Positions 37,684 through 51,657 are shown, numbered from the stretch's first letter. The stretch: DNA of 64,000 nt from Octopus vulgaris (GCA_951406725.2 OX597814.1:28768001-28832000); one strand, 5' to 3'. Notes: generated from the sequence alone by a model not told the origin. Translations and numbers: made by a program.

Positions 37684-38148
37684 TCAAGAGGAGGGGGCTG
37701 TGTTAAGTCCGTGTGGGGTGGTAGTTTGTAGGGTGAAGATGTAGCGTTGCTCCAAGTGGAGCCTGGAAAGTGGGCGACCATTGTGGGGGGCGAGACCAAA
37801 CACTGAGATGTCATCTAGGGAATGGCCGGCCGAGCAGAAGTGGCGTGCGACGGGAGAAAAAGAGTGTAGGCGAACGTCCCTCAAGTGTTCAGTGAAACGG
37901 TCGGACAACCAGCGTCCCGTCTGTCCTACATACAGCATCCCGCATAGGTTGCATTTAATGCAGTAAATAAGGCCAGACGAGGTGCACGTAAAAGAGTGCC
38001 TAATGCGTACAGTATGCTGGTTGGAGCCGGTGACGGCGGTGGTGTTGATGATGAAGGGGCAAGTGTTGCAGCGGGATCTAGAGCAAGGGAATGATCCGTG
38101 TCGGGCTGAGGGGGAAGGAGAGAGGGTGCTGTGGACCAGGAGTATATC
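37684..38148 (-). mobile_element. PLE ORF 3' fragment (154 aa, open): CxxxRCxxC linker and GIY-YIG endonuclease
   Basis: DILLVHS...GSFPCSRSRCNTCPFI...FTCTSSGLIYCIKCNLCGMLYVGQTGRWLSDRFTEHLRDV...VARHF...H...RLHLEQRYIFTLQTTTPHGLN. No ATG at the truncation point. Confidence 0.92.
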
Positions 38149-38194
38149 CGTGTGTGTATGTATGTATGTATGTATGTATGTTCATGTGTATGTA

Positions 38195-38590
38195 TTCTTA
38201 TATTTTTACTTGTTTCAGTCATTTGACTGCGGCCATGCTGGAACACCATCTTAAAAGGGTGTTAGTCGAAGAAATCGACCGCAGGACTTATTCTTTGTGA
38301 GCGTAGTATTTATTCCATCGGTCTCTTTTGCTGAACTACTAAGTTACGGGGATATAAACACTCCAGCATCGTTTGTCAAGCGATGGCAGACACACACACA
38401 GACACACACACACACACATATATATATGGCGAGTTTCTTCCAGTCATCGCCTACCAAATCCATCCACAATGCTTTGGTCGGCCCGAAGCTATAGTAGAAG
38501 ACGATTGCCCAAGGTGTCATACAGTGGGACTGAACCCGGAACTATGTGGTTGGGAAGCAAGCTCCTTACAACGCAGCCACGCCTGCACCT
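38195..38590 (-). mobile_element. SINE family B, full length
   Basis: Family B match with internal (CA)n(TA)n. Confidence 0.85.
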
Positions 38591-38700
38591 ATGTATATAA
38601 AATATATGTATATATTTATCTATATGCGTATGTGTGTGTAAGCGTATATTTATATATATATGTCATTAATCAGTTAGATTTCAAGACGGTAGTATGAATG

Positions 38701-38731
<31 letters not shown>

Positions 38732-38803
38732 GTATTTATATATTTATGTATGTGTATATATGCATATATGTATAAAAGCACACGCACATATTTGTGAATA
38801 CAT

Positions 38804-38887
<84 letters not shown>

Positions 38888-39090
38888 ACTTTTATATATG
38901 CATAAACCAGCATATACATATGTTTCTTCCTCCTATATATAAATATATATATGTATATATATATATATATATATATCTTGAGAGAGAAAGAAACGTATGT
39001 ATATGCCTGTACCTACATATATAAATGTACATATATATATGTATATGTGTACATATATATAGACACACACACAGACACACATACACATAT

Positions 39091-39149
<59 letters not shown>

Positions 39150-39954
39150 TACATATATATAATACCGTTTTTTTTCTTTTTTGTCGGGGATATTTTTTTG
39201 TTTTTCTTTTCCTCTTTTCTTGTTGGGTTCTTGTTCTTTGGTGAAGTGGATCTTTATAAGTTGGTTCCGCTCCCCACCACTATTTTTATTAATGTTCCAC
39301 GTTTGAATTTTTACTATTTAAAAAAAAAAAATATTAAAGGTTTCTTTTACTTTCCCCCCTCCCCTGCCCCCACCTTCCCCACACTTGGCATTTATTTTTT
39401 CATTCTATCTTTCTTCATCTCTACACCTTTTACTCAACACTCATAGCCATATCTTTTCCTTCCTGCACTCCTTCTGTAAACCCAGGTAAGACTTCATCCA
39501 ATTAAGGTAGGATGCCACACTCGCTTTATTTATTTTACGCTTTCCTTTCTCTTTTTTTTTTCTTTTCTACATTCTCTTCATTGATTCTTTCTTCGTTTTT
39601 TTCATCTCTTCTTTTTCGTAGTAATTATTATTGTTATTATTATTGTTGTTGTTCTGTTGTTGTTGTTGTTCTTGTTGAAATAGAGTTGTTCTTATTATCT
39701 TTTTCGTCCCCTTTTTCTTCTTCTTCTTCTTCTTCTTCTTCATGATTATGATTATCATTGTTGTTTTTGTTAGTTTTTGTTTTTTGCGTACGTGCAGATA
39801 TCGCATCCTCCCGCCCTCCCTCGCCGTTCTCGACTGCCGTTATCTTTTACATGGTTATATATACGTGGCAAAAATTAAAAAAAAACAAAAGAAAACAAAT
39901 ATAAAAGTAAAAACATGATATAAAACATATGCCCCCTTCTTTCTGCAAATATAC

Positions 39955-40009
<55 letters not shown>

Positions 40010-40309
40010 TGTGTGTATGTATGTATATATATATTTATATACAAGCACACACGATTCCATACAGGCATATAGAATATATATATATGCATACGCAAAATTA
40101 AGCGCAACAAACCCTCTCTGTGACATAATATATAAAAACATGCGAGCACATACAAATATATAGATACAACCTGAACATACAGATATACAAAGATGCATAC
40201 ACACACACAACGTGAGTGCATTCTCGTCCTGATATGCTTGCACAAAAATACATACGGACATAACCAAATTCATATACTTTCAGGTATACCTACACATATA
40301 CACACACAG

Positions 40310-40620
<311 letters not shown>

Positions 40621-40803
40621 TACGAGTGAGGGAACGAACGGAAGAAGGGCACTCTCAACACTTTCACTGGGAGTTGCATGTAGGGATCAAGACAGTTTGA
40701 TTCAAATTCCTTGCTGTTTAAAGTTTCAAAGCTTGTGAAGGTCTACGAACTTTGAAACTTTAAAGTAACACAGAATTTGAATAAAATAGTTTTGATCCAT
40801 ATG

Positions 40804-40864
<61 letters not shown>

Positions 40865-41039
40865 TGTTGTGTCTGGGGAGAGTCATTCTCTTTTAGTGCC
40901 TTATAATTTAACACACACAACGGTAAAATTTCCACTCATTTACTTATTTATCTTTCTAAACTTTACTAAAATTTTCGTTACGTCTTGCAACCTTTTCAAT
41001 AGTTGTCGACATTTCAAAGTGTTTGGGTGTCAATCTGAG

Positions 41040-41190
41040 GACATGTACTGAGAATGATAAAAATGAAATATCCAATCAACATCATGGTAATTGGAGCGAT
41101 CACTAGTGATGGTAATGTTATGCCTTCATTCAACTTCGCACTCAACCTAAGGCTCAACACGGGGGCCTACATCAAGTGCCTGGAGGAGGT
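41040..41190 (+). mobile_element. Fragment of DD37D/maT-type transposase
   Basis: KYPINIMVIGAITSDGNVMPSFNFALNLRLNTGAYIKCLEEV; homologous to the decayed region at about 29540-29660. Confidence 0.65.
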
Positions 41191-41790
41191 ATATGTGAGC
41201 ACAGGACGTCACGAAACGTATACAACAAAAGATACGAAGCACGGGTACATGGAGCATGAACTATTCTTTCGAACAACGGAGGACGTAAACGGAAAACAAG
41301 ACAAACAACTTAAAGAACGACACATCATCAGTTGTTTGTTGTTTTTCTAGTCCCGTATTTCGTGCATTTAACAACAATATACGCTTTCGATAAAACAGTT
41401 GCCTCCGCAAAGCAAATTAAATAAAATTTGGGATTTTGCGGAGGGTCAAAATTGGTAACACAAACAGGATAGTGAAAACAAACAGGAAGGGCCGCTAAGC
41501 CTAAACAAGGTTGTGGTGGCGAAAGTGAAAATAAAGCCTGGACAGGAGACAAACAAGAATACGTCTTCCTTGTTTCAGCTACAACGGATTGAAAGAAACA
41601 CAAGTTAGGAAAAGAAAGAAAGTTGACCGATGGTAACGTGGGAGCCACGTGAGCAAGGGAGGATGAGTGAGGGAGAGAGAGTGACAGCGTAATAGGATAG
41701 AATATTGGGAGAAGAGGAGATAAAAGAATAAGAGAGAGAAAGAGAAGAAACGAAAGAGTTAAAAGATTGTATAGAGTGCGCATCAGAATG
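41190..41790. mobile_element. PLE-type terminal repeat module (related to 57943-58190 and 58692-59040)
   Basis: Shared tatgtgagcacaggac and gcaaattaaataaaatttggga..ttgcggagggt motifs. Confidence 0.45.
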
Positions 41791-42488
41791 CGTTCAATAA
41801 TTTAATAATATAAATAATATATATGTGTATGCATAGATAGATAGATTACAATATATATACATACACACACACATGTATATATAGACATACATGCATATTA
41901 TATTATAAATACATAAGTTATTACATATCTTTATGCACTTTTGTGTCTTTGTGTGTATGGAGGGATGTGAGTGTGGGTGTGTGTGTACGTATATTTATTG
42001 GTGTATACAGACAATACTTTTATTCGGTGACAATATCCCATGTTTATTTTTCATATTATCGTCTTCATACACAAATACATTTAGCGAATCGCTATATATA
42101 TATGTATATATATATGCCTTTAGACGTTTGATGTGCCATCACCATTCGTCTACATGCGCATAACTTAATAAAGATACAGAAGATACAGTAATACCTTTAT
42201 GTACATGTAGGGTCACGTGCCTGCGCAGGTGAAAATTAAGTCATTGATATATGCACTTTTAACTCGAATTGGTGCGTAGCATAGATGCCAGTCTGTATTC
42301 GTGTACATATAACTGATTGCTTCTACATACACACAAACACATACACAGAGACACATACAGACACACACACACACACACACACTAAACAGATATGTATATA
42401 GGGAGATATATACATACATATATGTACAGGTATACATATATATGAAAATATATATGCATATATATATGTATATACATACATACATACA

Positions 42489-42540
<52 letters not shown>

Positions 42541-42549
42541 TATTTATTT

Positions 42550-43020
42550 ATTTATTTATATAAAATACAAAAATGGGACAAGAACGCAAAACATCCAGAC
42601 AGTTAGGTGATCCAAAAAAGGGACAACAAAATATCCAGACAGACGATACAAGGAAACAAGGACGGATCATTCAGAGTTTTCTATCCTCAATCGAGTTCCC
42701 GATTATCATTGCAATTTCGGTTGGCTATACTCGAGATTGCGCGAATACGGTCAGCCCCAAGGAAAAAATAAGCTAAGAGCATTACATTCCTTGGAAGAAA
42801 GCAGCGAATGTATACGAAAACAAGGATGAAAAAAAAAAAGAGAAATGTTACACAAATTCAAATAACAGGACATAACAACATGTGTCTTTCAACTAAGGAC
42901 GAAATAAATTAAGCTGGCGTGTGTGGAAGTAAAACCTTACGGCAGGGACATAAGATTTAACAACCACAGGATGGAATATAGATATTGCACGGACAGTAGT
43001 CCAACCAAGCCGAAATATTA
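42550..43020. mobile_element. Interspersed repeat (probable PLE pLTR family) inside (TA)n
   Basis: Same family at 45490-46190, 46258-46500 and 47793-47890 (aaaatgggacaagaacgcaaaacatccagacag...). Confidence 0.65.
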
Positions 43021-43090
43021 TATATATATATATATGATTGATTGATTGATTCTAGTTTCAGCTTATGAGCTGTGGCCATGCTGGGGCACC

Positions 43091-43129
<39 letters not shown>

Positions 43130-43139
43130 GTAAAAACTT

Positions 43140-43185
<46 letters not shown>

Positions 43186-43188
<3 letters not shown>

Positions 43189-43896
43189 AATATAAAAAAG
43201 GGTATAATATAGATTACTACCAGTGGCCCAGCACAAAAGACGAATTAGTCATTAGACAAAATATTATTCATTCAGAAAAATATCATTCATATAGAAATAT
43301 AATTAAGGGCTCCTAAATAAGGATGCCAAGTGCAAGGGACACAAAAAAGGGATAAATTCATCGAGAGTGAAAATGAAAAACATTTACCATTAACGATACA
43401 TCCCGGACTGATCAGTTTCTACCTCTTTCTAGCAAAACAGACAGAATATGTTTGCTAAGGCTGGTTTCATCAGCGAGACGCCTTTGTTAAATCGAGAAGC
43501 ACAGAGCGTTAGACCATGTGTTGATCTAAACAACTTGTAAATCTTTACTCTTCAAACCTCTGCGCAGACGCAAAATCTACCCGGTGATATAGGGCATGCC
43601 GGGAAAAAATTTTACGAACAAATCTATCAAGTAATATGTGAATATAATCAAAAAAAGGTAATAACATAGATTACTACCAGTGGCCCAGCACAAAAGATGA
43701 ATTAGTCATTAGACAAAATATTATTCATATAGAAAAATATTATTCATATAGAAATATAATTAATGGCTCCTAAATAAGGATGCCAAGTGCAAGGGACACA
43801 AAAAAGGGATAAGTTCATCGAGAGTGAAAATCAAAAACATTTACCATTAACGATACATCCCGGACTGATCAGTTTCTACCTCTTTCTAGCAAAACA

Positions 43897-43900
<4 letters not shown>
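43186..43900. mobile_element. Partial-tandem insertion (two ~260 bp direct repeats with spacer) inside (TA)n, PLE-like architecture
   Basis: 43186-43445 is repeated at 43636-43900 with few differences; (TA)n on both flanks. Confidence 0.65.
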
Positions 43901-43949
<49 letters not shown>

Positions 43950-44229
43950 TTATATTCTTTTCTTTTATCCTTTTATTTGTTTCAGTGACTTAACTGCAGC
44001 CATGCTGGAGCACCGCCTTCAGTCAAACAAAATAACCTCAGGACTTATTCTTTAGTAAAATTTCAGATGTTGGATCGACTGAATAACATACTCCCGAATT
44101 AAAGTGCAAGTCGCACAGCATTGATCAGTATATATATATAGGAGAGTGTCGAACTCTAATGTGAGAATGTGCGCTCAACACCACATGGATAAATAATCAT
44201 TTTTGGATTAACTGTGTAACGTTAATCCA

Positions 44230-44387
44230 GGTGTGGCTGTGTGGCAAGAATTTTGCTTCCCAACCACATGGTTCGGCATTCAGCTCCACTGCGTGGCACC
44301 TTGGACAGGTATGCTCTGCTATGGGCCCTTGACCGAACAAACCTTTATGAATGGATTGGGTAAACGAAAACTGAAAGCAGCCCGGCC

Positions 44388-44473
<86 letters not shown>

Positions 44474-44672
44474 CGTGTGTTTGTCCCCCAGCATCGCTTG
44501 ACAACTGATGGTGGTGTGTTTACATCCCCGTAACTTAGCGGTCGGGCAAAAGAGACCGATATAATAAGTTCTAGGCTAACAAAGAATAAGTCCTGGGGTC
44601 GATTTGTTCGACTAAAGGCGGTGCTCCAGCATGGCCGCAGCCAAATGACTGAAACAAGTAAAAGAATAAAAG
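44230..44672 (+). mobile_element. SINE family B with expanded internal (TA)n(TG)n
   Basis: Family B head and tail. Confidence 0.85.
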
Positions 44673-44684
44673 AATATATATATG

Positions 44685-44752
<68 letters not shown>

Positions 44753-45063
44753 TGTGTGCGTTTATGCGAGTGGGTGAGTGTGTGTATTTCCACCAACCGG
44801 TGTGAGGTTATTTACGTAACTTAGTGGTCCGACATAAGACACTATTAGATAAGTACCATATTTAAAAAAAATGATTAGGATCGATTCGTTCGACTGCAAC
44901 CCTTCACCGCGATGCTCCAGCATGACCACAGTCCAATGACTGAAGCACGTAGTAGATAAAAGACAATAGAAACGATAGATAGATAGATAGATAGATTCAA
45001 ATATTCGTATTTGTATATCTACATAAAAAAAACATGTACACACATACACACACATTGAGACTA

Positions 45064-45095
<32 letters not shown>

Positions 45096-45489
45096 GATCA
45101 TACATAGGTATATCTACATACATATAAGCACACACACGCACATATATACATTGATACATATATACGCACACACACATACACACATACACACGCATACACT
45201 CACACACACACACACGCACACACACATACACACACCGTATTTCTCAGTCTACATTGAATGCCTCGAGCAGTTTACTGTAGACTGTAATTGCATCAGACAA
45301 AACATATCGCAAGATAAAATAACAAGACAGAACAATAGTACAATATCTATTATAATAATTAAGAAAAGCATTATCTCGATAGCACAGACTAAGTCAAAGA
45401 CATAAAAGACATTTACTACTAGCTAGCCAATATTTATAGAAACATACACACACACATACATATATATATATTATTATTATAATTATTAT

Positions 45490-46500
45490 TATATAAAAAA
45501 TACAAAATGGGACAAGATCTCAAAACATCCAGACAGTTAGGTGATACAAGAAAGGGACAACAAAACATCCAGATAGACGATACAAAGAAAACAAGGACGG
45601 ATCATTCGGAGTTTTCTTTCCTCAGTCGAGTTCCAGATTATCTTTGCAATTTCGGCTGGTTATACTCGGGATTGCTCCAATCTGGCCAGCCCCAAGGTAA
45701 AAATAAGCTAAGAACATTACATTTCTTGGAAGAAAGCAGCGAAAGTATACGGAAACAAGGACGGAAAAAAAAACGAGAATGTTACACAAATACAAATAAC
45801 AGGACATAACAAAGGGTGTCTTTCGACTAAAGATGAACTAAATTAAGCTGACGTGTGTGGAAATGAAGCCTTATGTCAGGGATACAAGATTTCACAGGGA
45901 GATATAAAGATGTTGCACGGACGGCGGTCGAACCAAGAAAGAAATGTCAGGCTTGGCCGAATATCGGTTACGTGGGGAAAGAAGAGAGAGAGGTAGAGGC
46001 AGAGGGACAGAAGAAATAAGGAAGGGCGAGAAAAAATGACAGGGACACAGTGAAGTGAGCATGAAGAGAAGGCAAGGAAATGTGAGAGAGGGGGAACGAA
46101 AGAACGAAGAGTGGAATGAACGAAGTAAGCGTGAAAGGGATAACAGAAAGAAGGAAAGAATAAAAGAATAGAATAGAGTCGTACAAGATTTAGATAAATA
46201 TAAACTTACATATAAAAGACAAAAGTATACGTACGCCGCTATATGTTTTTATATATGAAAAATACAAAATTGGTCAAGAACGCAAAACATCCAGACAATT
46301 AGGTGATACAAAAAAGGGACAACGAAACATCCAGATAGAAAGAAAATAAGGACGGGACATTCGGAGTTTTCTTTCTCAGTCGAGTTCCAGATTATCTATG
46401 CAATTTCGGCTGGATATACTCGAGATTGCTCCAATATGGCCAGCCCCAAGGAAAAACTAAGCTAAGAGCATTAGACGTTCTTGTCCCATTTTGTATATAT
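45490..46500. mobile_element. Partial-tandem copies of the 42550-family repeat
   Basis: Long copy 45490-46190, second copy 46258-46475, short inverted tag gttcttgtcccattttgtat at 46477-46496. Confidence 0.7.
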
Positions 46501-47117
46501 ATATATACATACACATTACACATTCTTATATACATGTACAAGCAAATGTGAACTGTCACACACCTGTATATGTATTAATATGTGTGTGTGAGTATGAATG
46601 TATGTGCATGTATGTGTATGAGTTAGAGAGAGAGAGAGAGAGAGAGGGAGGGAGAAAGCGTATGCATACACACATATAAAGAATACTACCCGGTTAGTAA
46701 CAATGTATCAAGGCTCCTTTGTGTTAAGTCAAGTCCGTTCTTGGTGTTTGTGATTAACTGAATTGATTGTTCAATGTGAGTATGTGTGTGTCTGTCTGTG
46801 CGTGTGAGTGCATATGTGTTTGAATGTGGATAAACTTTCACTCGTGTAGGGAATGTCCAGGTCACCTTAATACTCAATTATGTGATTCGTGATTGTTCAT
46901 GCGTATATTCTCTATGTGTACATGATTGCGTGTATGTATTTGCCGAGGAACCTCAAATGGGGAATCCCTGTACTGCTTTGCAAAATTTCACTGTACTTCT
47001 AGTGTATTGTATATGGAGAATGTGAATCAATACGTAGGTATGTAGATACGTAGGTAGGTACGTAGGTAGATAGGTAGGTAGATTGATAAGTAGGCAGGCA
47101 GGTAGGTAGATAGGTAA

Positions 47118-47463
47118 GTGGTGGTGACCCCCTTCGGTCAGACACTGACCATGGGTTTGCACCTAGAGAGTTACCCTCTGAGGCACAAGTCTGGGCAAGG
47201 TTGTTTTATGGAAGACCAGCAGTCGCCCATGCATACCGGCCTCCCCTCTCCACGTCACCGATGTTATCCAAGGGAAAGGCAAAGGGGCCGATACAGCTTG
47301 GCACCTGTGACGTCGCAACTCATTTCTACAGCTGAGTGAACTGGAGCAACGTGAAATAAAGTGTCTTGCTCAAGAACACAACACGCACCCCGGTCCGGGA
47401 TTCGAGCTCACAACCTCACGATCGTAAGCTCGACGCTCTAACCACTGAGCCACGTGCCTTCAC
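47118..47463 (-). mobile_element. SINE family D, full length
   Basis: Matches 32768-33108; inserted in a (TAGG)n tract. Confidence 0.88.
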
Positions 47464-47714
47464 GTAGATAGGTAAGTAGGTAGATAGATAAATAAGTAGG
47501 TAGGCAGGTAGGTAGGAAGTTAGGTAGGTTGGTAGGTAGGTAGGTTGATAGATAGATAGGTAGATAAATAAGTATGTATGTTTGTAGGCAGGCAGGCAGA
47601 CAGGCAGGCAGGCAGGTAAGTGGGTAGGTAGGTAGATAGGTTGGTATGCATATGTTTTCTTTCAGTCCCAAAACAATAAAATCTGAAAGACATTAACAAC
47701 ACACACACATACGA

Positions 47715-48030
47715 CAGGATTTCCATACAGTTTATTTCAAATCTAATTTACTCGCAATGTATTGGTCGGCCTTTGGCTATAATAGAAAGAGACCCGTCCT
47801 TATTTACTTTCTATCTGGATGTTTTGTTGTCCCCTTTTTGTATCACCTAATTGTCTGGATGTTTTGCGTTCTTGACCAATTTTGTATTTTATATATATAA
47901 AAACATATAGCGGCGTACGTATACTTTTGTCTTTTATATGTAAGTTTATATTTATCTATTCCGGCACTATGTGACTAAACCCCAAACCACGTCGTTCCAT
48001 AGCAAACTTCTTAACCACGAAGCCATGTCA
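47715..48030 (-). mobile_element. Old SINE family B 5' part interrupted by an inverted copy of 46191-46356
   Basis: ttggtcggcc..ggctataatagaaagagac | insert | ...actaaacccc..accacg..gcaaacttcttaaccac. Confidence 0.65.
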
Positions 48031-48059
48031 ATGCCCACATACATACATACATACATACA

Positions 48060-48090
<31 letters not shown>

Positions 48091-48103
48091 CATACATACA
48101 TAC

Positions 48104-50090
48104 AGGAACAGGAGATTTCCACAAAGTACCTGGTAAACAAGAGAAACAGTGACGCTCTTACAATCCCAAGGTGCAACCGCTTGTGTAGGCTATGCCTTGT
48201 TTCTGAGAAAGACATTACGCATGCGATTAGCAGCTGTCCTAAAATGACGTCACAGTACTACCTCCCTATGTGGCACGATGTTTTCGCGAAAACAATTTAC
48301 AATGCCACCCGCAAAAAAGACTGTCCTGAAATAAACTTAGGAAAACCCTCTGTTACGAGGGGCGTTCAATAAGTAATGCCTCTGACCCACTTGCAATTGT
48401 TTGATCTAGCTGAAATTTTGCATGTGCAATTACCTATATCTCTATAGATTAATGGCAAATTACAGCTCTGAACTAATTGTGGTTTCTGATTTACAGGTGT
48501 TTAAACTGAGTCAAGTGTGAAACGGAGCCTGTTGAGTGTCGAGCAGTGATGCGGTTTTTGTATTTGAAAGGACGCACACCACGGGAGACTTTTGATGAAA
48601 TAAAAGTAACTTATGGTGATGATGCCCCATCATATGACCTTGTAAAACGCTGGCATCGTGAATTCAAACATGGTCGGAACTTTGTGGAAACAGCTCCCAA
48701 ATCTGGTCGCCCCCTTCTGTCATTGATGAGGCATCTGTCTGTTAAGTTGAGGCTGCCATTTTGGAAGATCGACGCATAATTATTCGCCAAATAGCCCATG
48801 AGGTCAAGATTAGTACCGGGTCTGTGGAAACTATCATTCATGACCATTTGCATATGCAAAAGGTGTCTGCCAGATGGATTCCCAGGCTGCTCACACCTTT
48901 CCAGAAGCAAGAATGCGTCGATAGCGCAAGGATGAATTTGAAGATGTGCCAAGAAGATTAGTCAAAATTTTTCAAAAGACTGATTACACAGGATGAAACC
49001 TGGGTCCATCACTATGATCCAGAGACCAAAGCCCAGTCAATGCAGTGGAAGCACCGTGACTCACCTCCTCCAAAGAAGGCAAGGGTGCAGCCCTCCGCTG
49101 GCAAGGTCATGCTCACTGTCTTCTGGGACCAGGACGGAGTAGTGATGACAGATTTCTTGGCAAAGGGTGCCACAATTACAGGAGTCTATTATGCTTCACT
49201 TTTGAGGAAATTAAGAGAAGCTATCAAAATCAAGAGGCGGGGCAAGATCAGCAAAGGCATCCTCCTCCTGCAGGACAACGCTCCGATCCACAACTCGCGT
49301 GTCGCCAGATCAGAAGCACAGGCGTGCGGCTATGAACTCATCCCCCATCTCCTGACCTGCACCCTCTGATTTTCACCTCTTCCCAGCCATGAAGTTGTTT
49401 TTGAAAGGAAAGCGTTTCCCAGATGATGCAGCCTTGATTTCTGAAGTCACGTTGAGGTTGGAGGACCAAGCTGGGGTCTTCTACAAAAACGGTCTTCAGA
49501 GCCGCATCAAACGATGGGAGAAATGCGTAACTCTGGGTGGTTCCTATGTAGAAAAAGACTAATAACTGTGCCAAGTTTCGTTGCTCTACTGCTATGGGAA
49601 GTGGGTCAATGGGCATTACTTATTGAACGCCCCTCGTACTGAATACATTCATAAATACTAACTCAATGAATACTGGTGGAATATTCTCATCAAAACTTCT
49701 GTCAAATATAAACATAACAGGCCGAATCTTGTTGTCATAGAGGTCAGCTGCCCTGCAGATATGAATATCTCTGAAAATCAAAGTATAAGAGGATATATAT
49801 GGACAACTGCTTCGGAACCTCCAGCTTCTATATCCAGACTATGAATTTATATACATACCAGTAATAATTGGAGCACTAGATTTTGTTAGCAAATGCTTAA
49901 AGGAGAATCTGGAAAAAACTGGGATTTTCAGAAAGAGAAATTAATCAGCTGATTTGTACATTACAAGGGCAATCTGTGAGTGGAACAGTAAAAATATGCA
50001 AAACTTTTCTCAAGTTCCAAATGTGAATTTGTCTGTGTTAACAACATCCCAAAGATGGAGCCTTGTATCTTTGTTGGAAAGCGGCTCCCT
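48104..50090 (+). mobile_element. RLE-clade (R4/Dong-like) LINE 3' end split by a mariner (48104-48355 + 49637-50090)
   Basis: QEQEISTKYL...CRLCLVSEKDITHAISSCPKM...Y..WHD (CCHC knuckle) before the mariner; EYWWN...HNRPNLVVIEVSCPADMN...IPVIIGAL (RLE endonuclease) after it. Confidence 0.85.
48356..49636 (+). mobile_element. Full-length defective mariner transposon (DD34D, irritans-like)
   Basis: TIR cgaggggcgttcaataagtaatgcc / ggcattacttattgaacgccccctcg-type end, TA TSD at 48354-55 and 49637-38. Motifs SARWIPRLLT, ITQDETWVHHYDPETK.QSMQW, SAGKVMLTVFWD, QDNAPIH; few disablements. Confidence 0.96.
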
Positions 50091-50213
50091 CCTCAGTGGA
50101 ATATTTATAATAATTAAAAATAGAAGAGACATACACACATACAATAAATACATACATATATACATATTTACACACTTTCACACTCACACACAGACACACA
50201 CACAAACACATAT

Positions 50214-50472
50214 ATCACGTGATCACGTGACCGATCAGGCTCTCAGATGTTGTTACACATTACTGGTCATAATGCGCTTTTGCATTGCTTTAGCCTTGAA
50301 GTGTTGCCATCCCGTTTGCTAGACGAGCAGACCAACAATCACCCGATCGAAAGGAAAACTGGAGCAACGTGAAATGAAGTATTTTGCTCAAGAACACAAC
50401 GCGCCACCTAGTCATGGAATCGAAACCACGATCTAGCGATCGTGAGTGCAACAACCTAACCATTGGGTCACG
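50214..50472 (-). mobile_element. tRNA-derived SINE (C/D-type head, atcacgtg tail)
   Basis: gcgtgacccaatggttagg...gtttcgattcc...gtgttcttgagcaaaatact; tail ggtcacgtgatcacgtgat resembles that of 56538-56846. Confidence 0.7.
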
Positions 50473-50488
50473 CAAACACACATAGATG

Positions 50489-50980
<492 letters not shown>

Positions 50981-51584
50981 TGTTGCAGCTGGTATTGCAG
51001 AAACTTTACAAGAATAATTTTCGTGGCGAACTGCCATTGTTGGTAACCATTCCATCAACATTATCGTCATCTGCAGAGTCCACCTTCCGCAACTCAGACG
51101 AATGGACACATCTCAGTAAGATGAACAACTGAAATGCAGGTAGACAGTACAGTGTAGCAGTTCCAGGTAATGAGCAAAAAATGTGCCAACACGCCTCTTG
51201 GCAAAAGCGCTGACCAAATAATTTTTGTCTTTAAGAAAGACCGAAAACACTTCTAGCTGTGGATCATCGACTGATTAAAGAAGACAGTTCTCTTCTCCAG
51301 TAATTGGTTGTTGTGTTTTTAGTCCGCGTAAAATTTTGGGGCAATCAACTTCACTGCTTCGTCTAGCTGAAAAATACAATATACACATGCACGCATTCTA
51401 TCCCTCCCTCCCTCCCTCTTCCTCCTTCCTTCCTTCCCTCCCTCTCTCTTTCTCTCCTAAACGCACAACTTAACACACACACACACACACGGACTGTGAC
51501 ACCACGGGAAAGTGCCTGCTACTTTAGCTTCGGGTCAATTCAAAGTGTAGTGAATGAAATGCGCATGCGCACACACACACACGC

Positions 51585-51640
<56 letters not shown>

Positions 51641-51657
51641 TAATAATTATAATACTG

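Larger units (their letters stand above)
34697..38148 (-). mobile_element. 5'-truncated Neptune-type Penelope-like element: Zn-finger linker + GIY-YIG ORF end, ~3 kb low-complexity 3' region, terminal pLTR with hammerhead
   Basis: ORF end at 38148-37684 (next feature); terminal module at 34697-34900 matches the pLTR family and abuts (TA)n. Continuity across the CA-rich interval is inferred. Confidence 0.7.

Noticed and set aside
37684-38148. Selenoprotein (Naiad-type) PLE
   Set aside because: No in-frame UGA in the visible fragment and no SECIS that I could identify.
40960-41005. Hammerhead-like motif on the minus strand (ttgaaaagg...gaaaatttt)
   Set aside because: The core deviates at several invariant positions, so it was not counted.
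51095-51130. catcttactg on the minus strand resembling the miR-8/miR-200 star arm
   Set aside because: No matching taatactg mature arm or pre-miRNA hairpin nearby.
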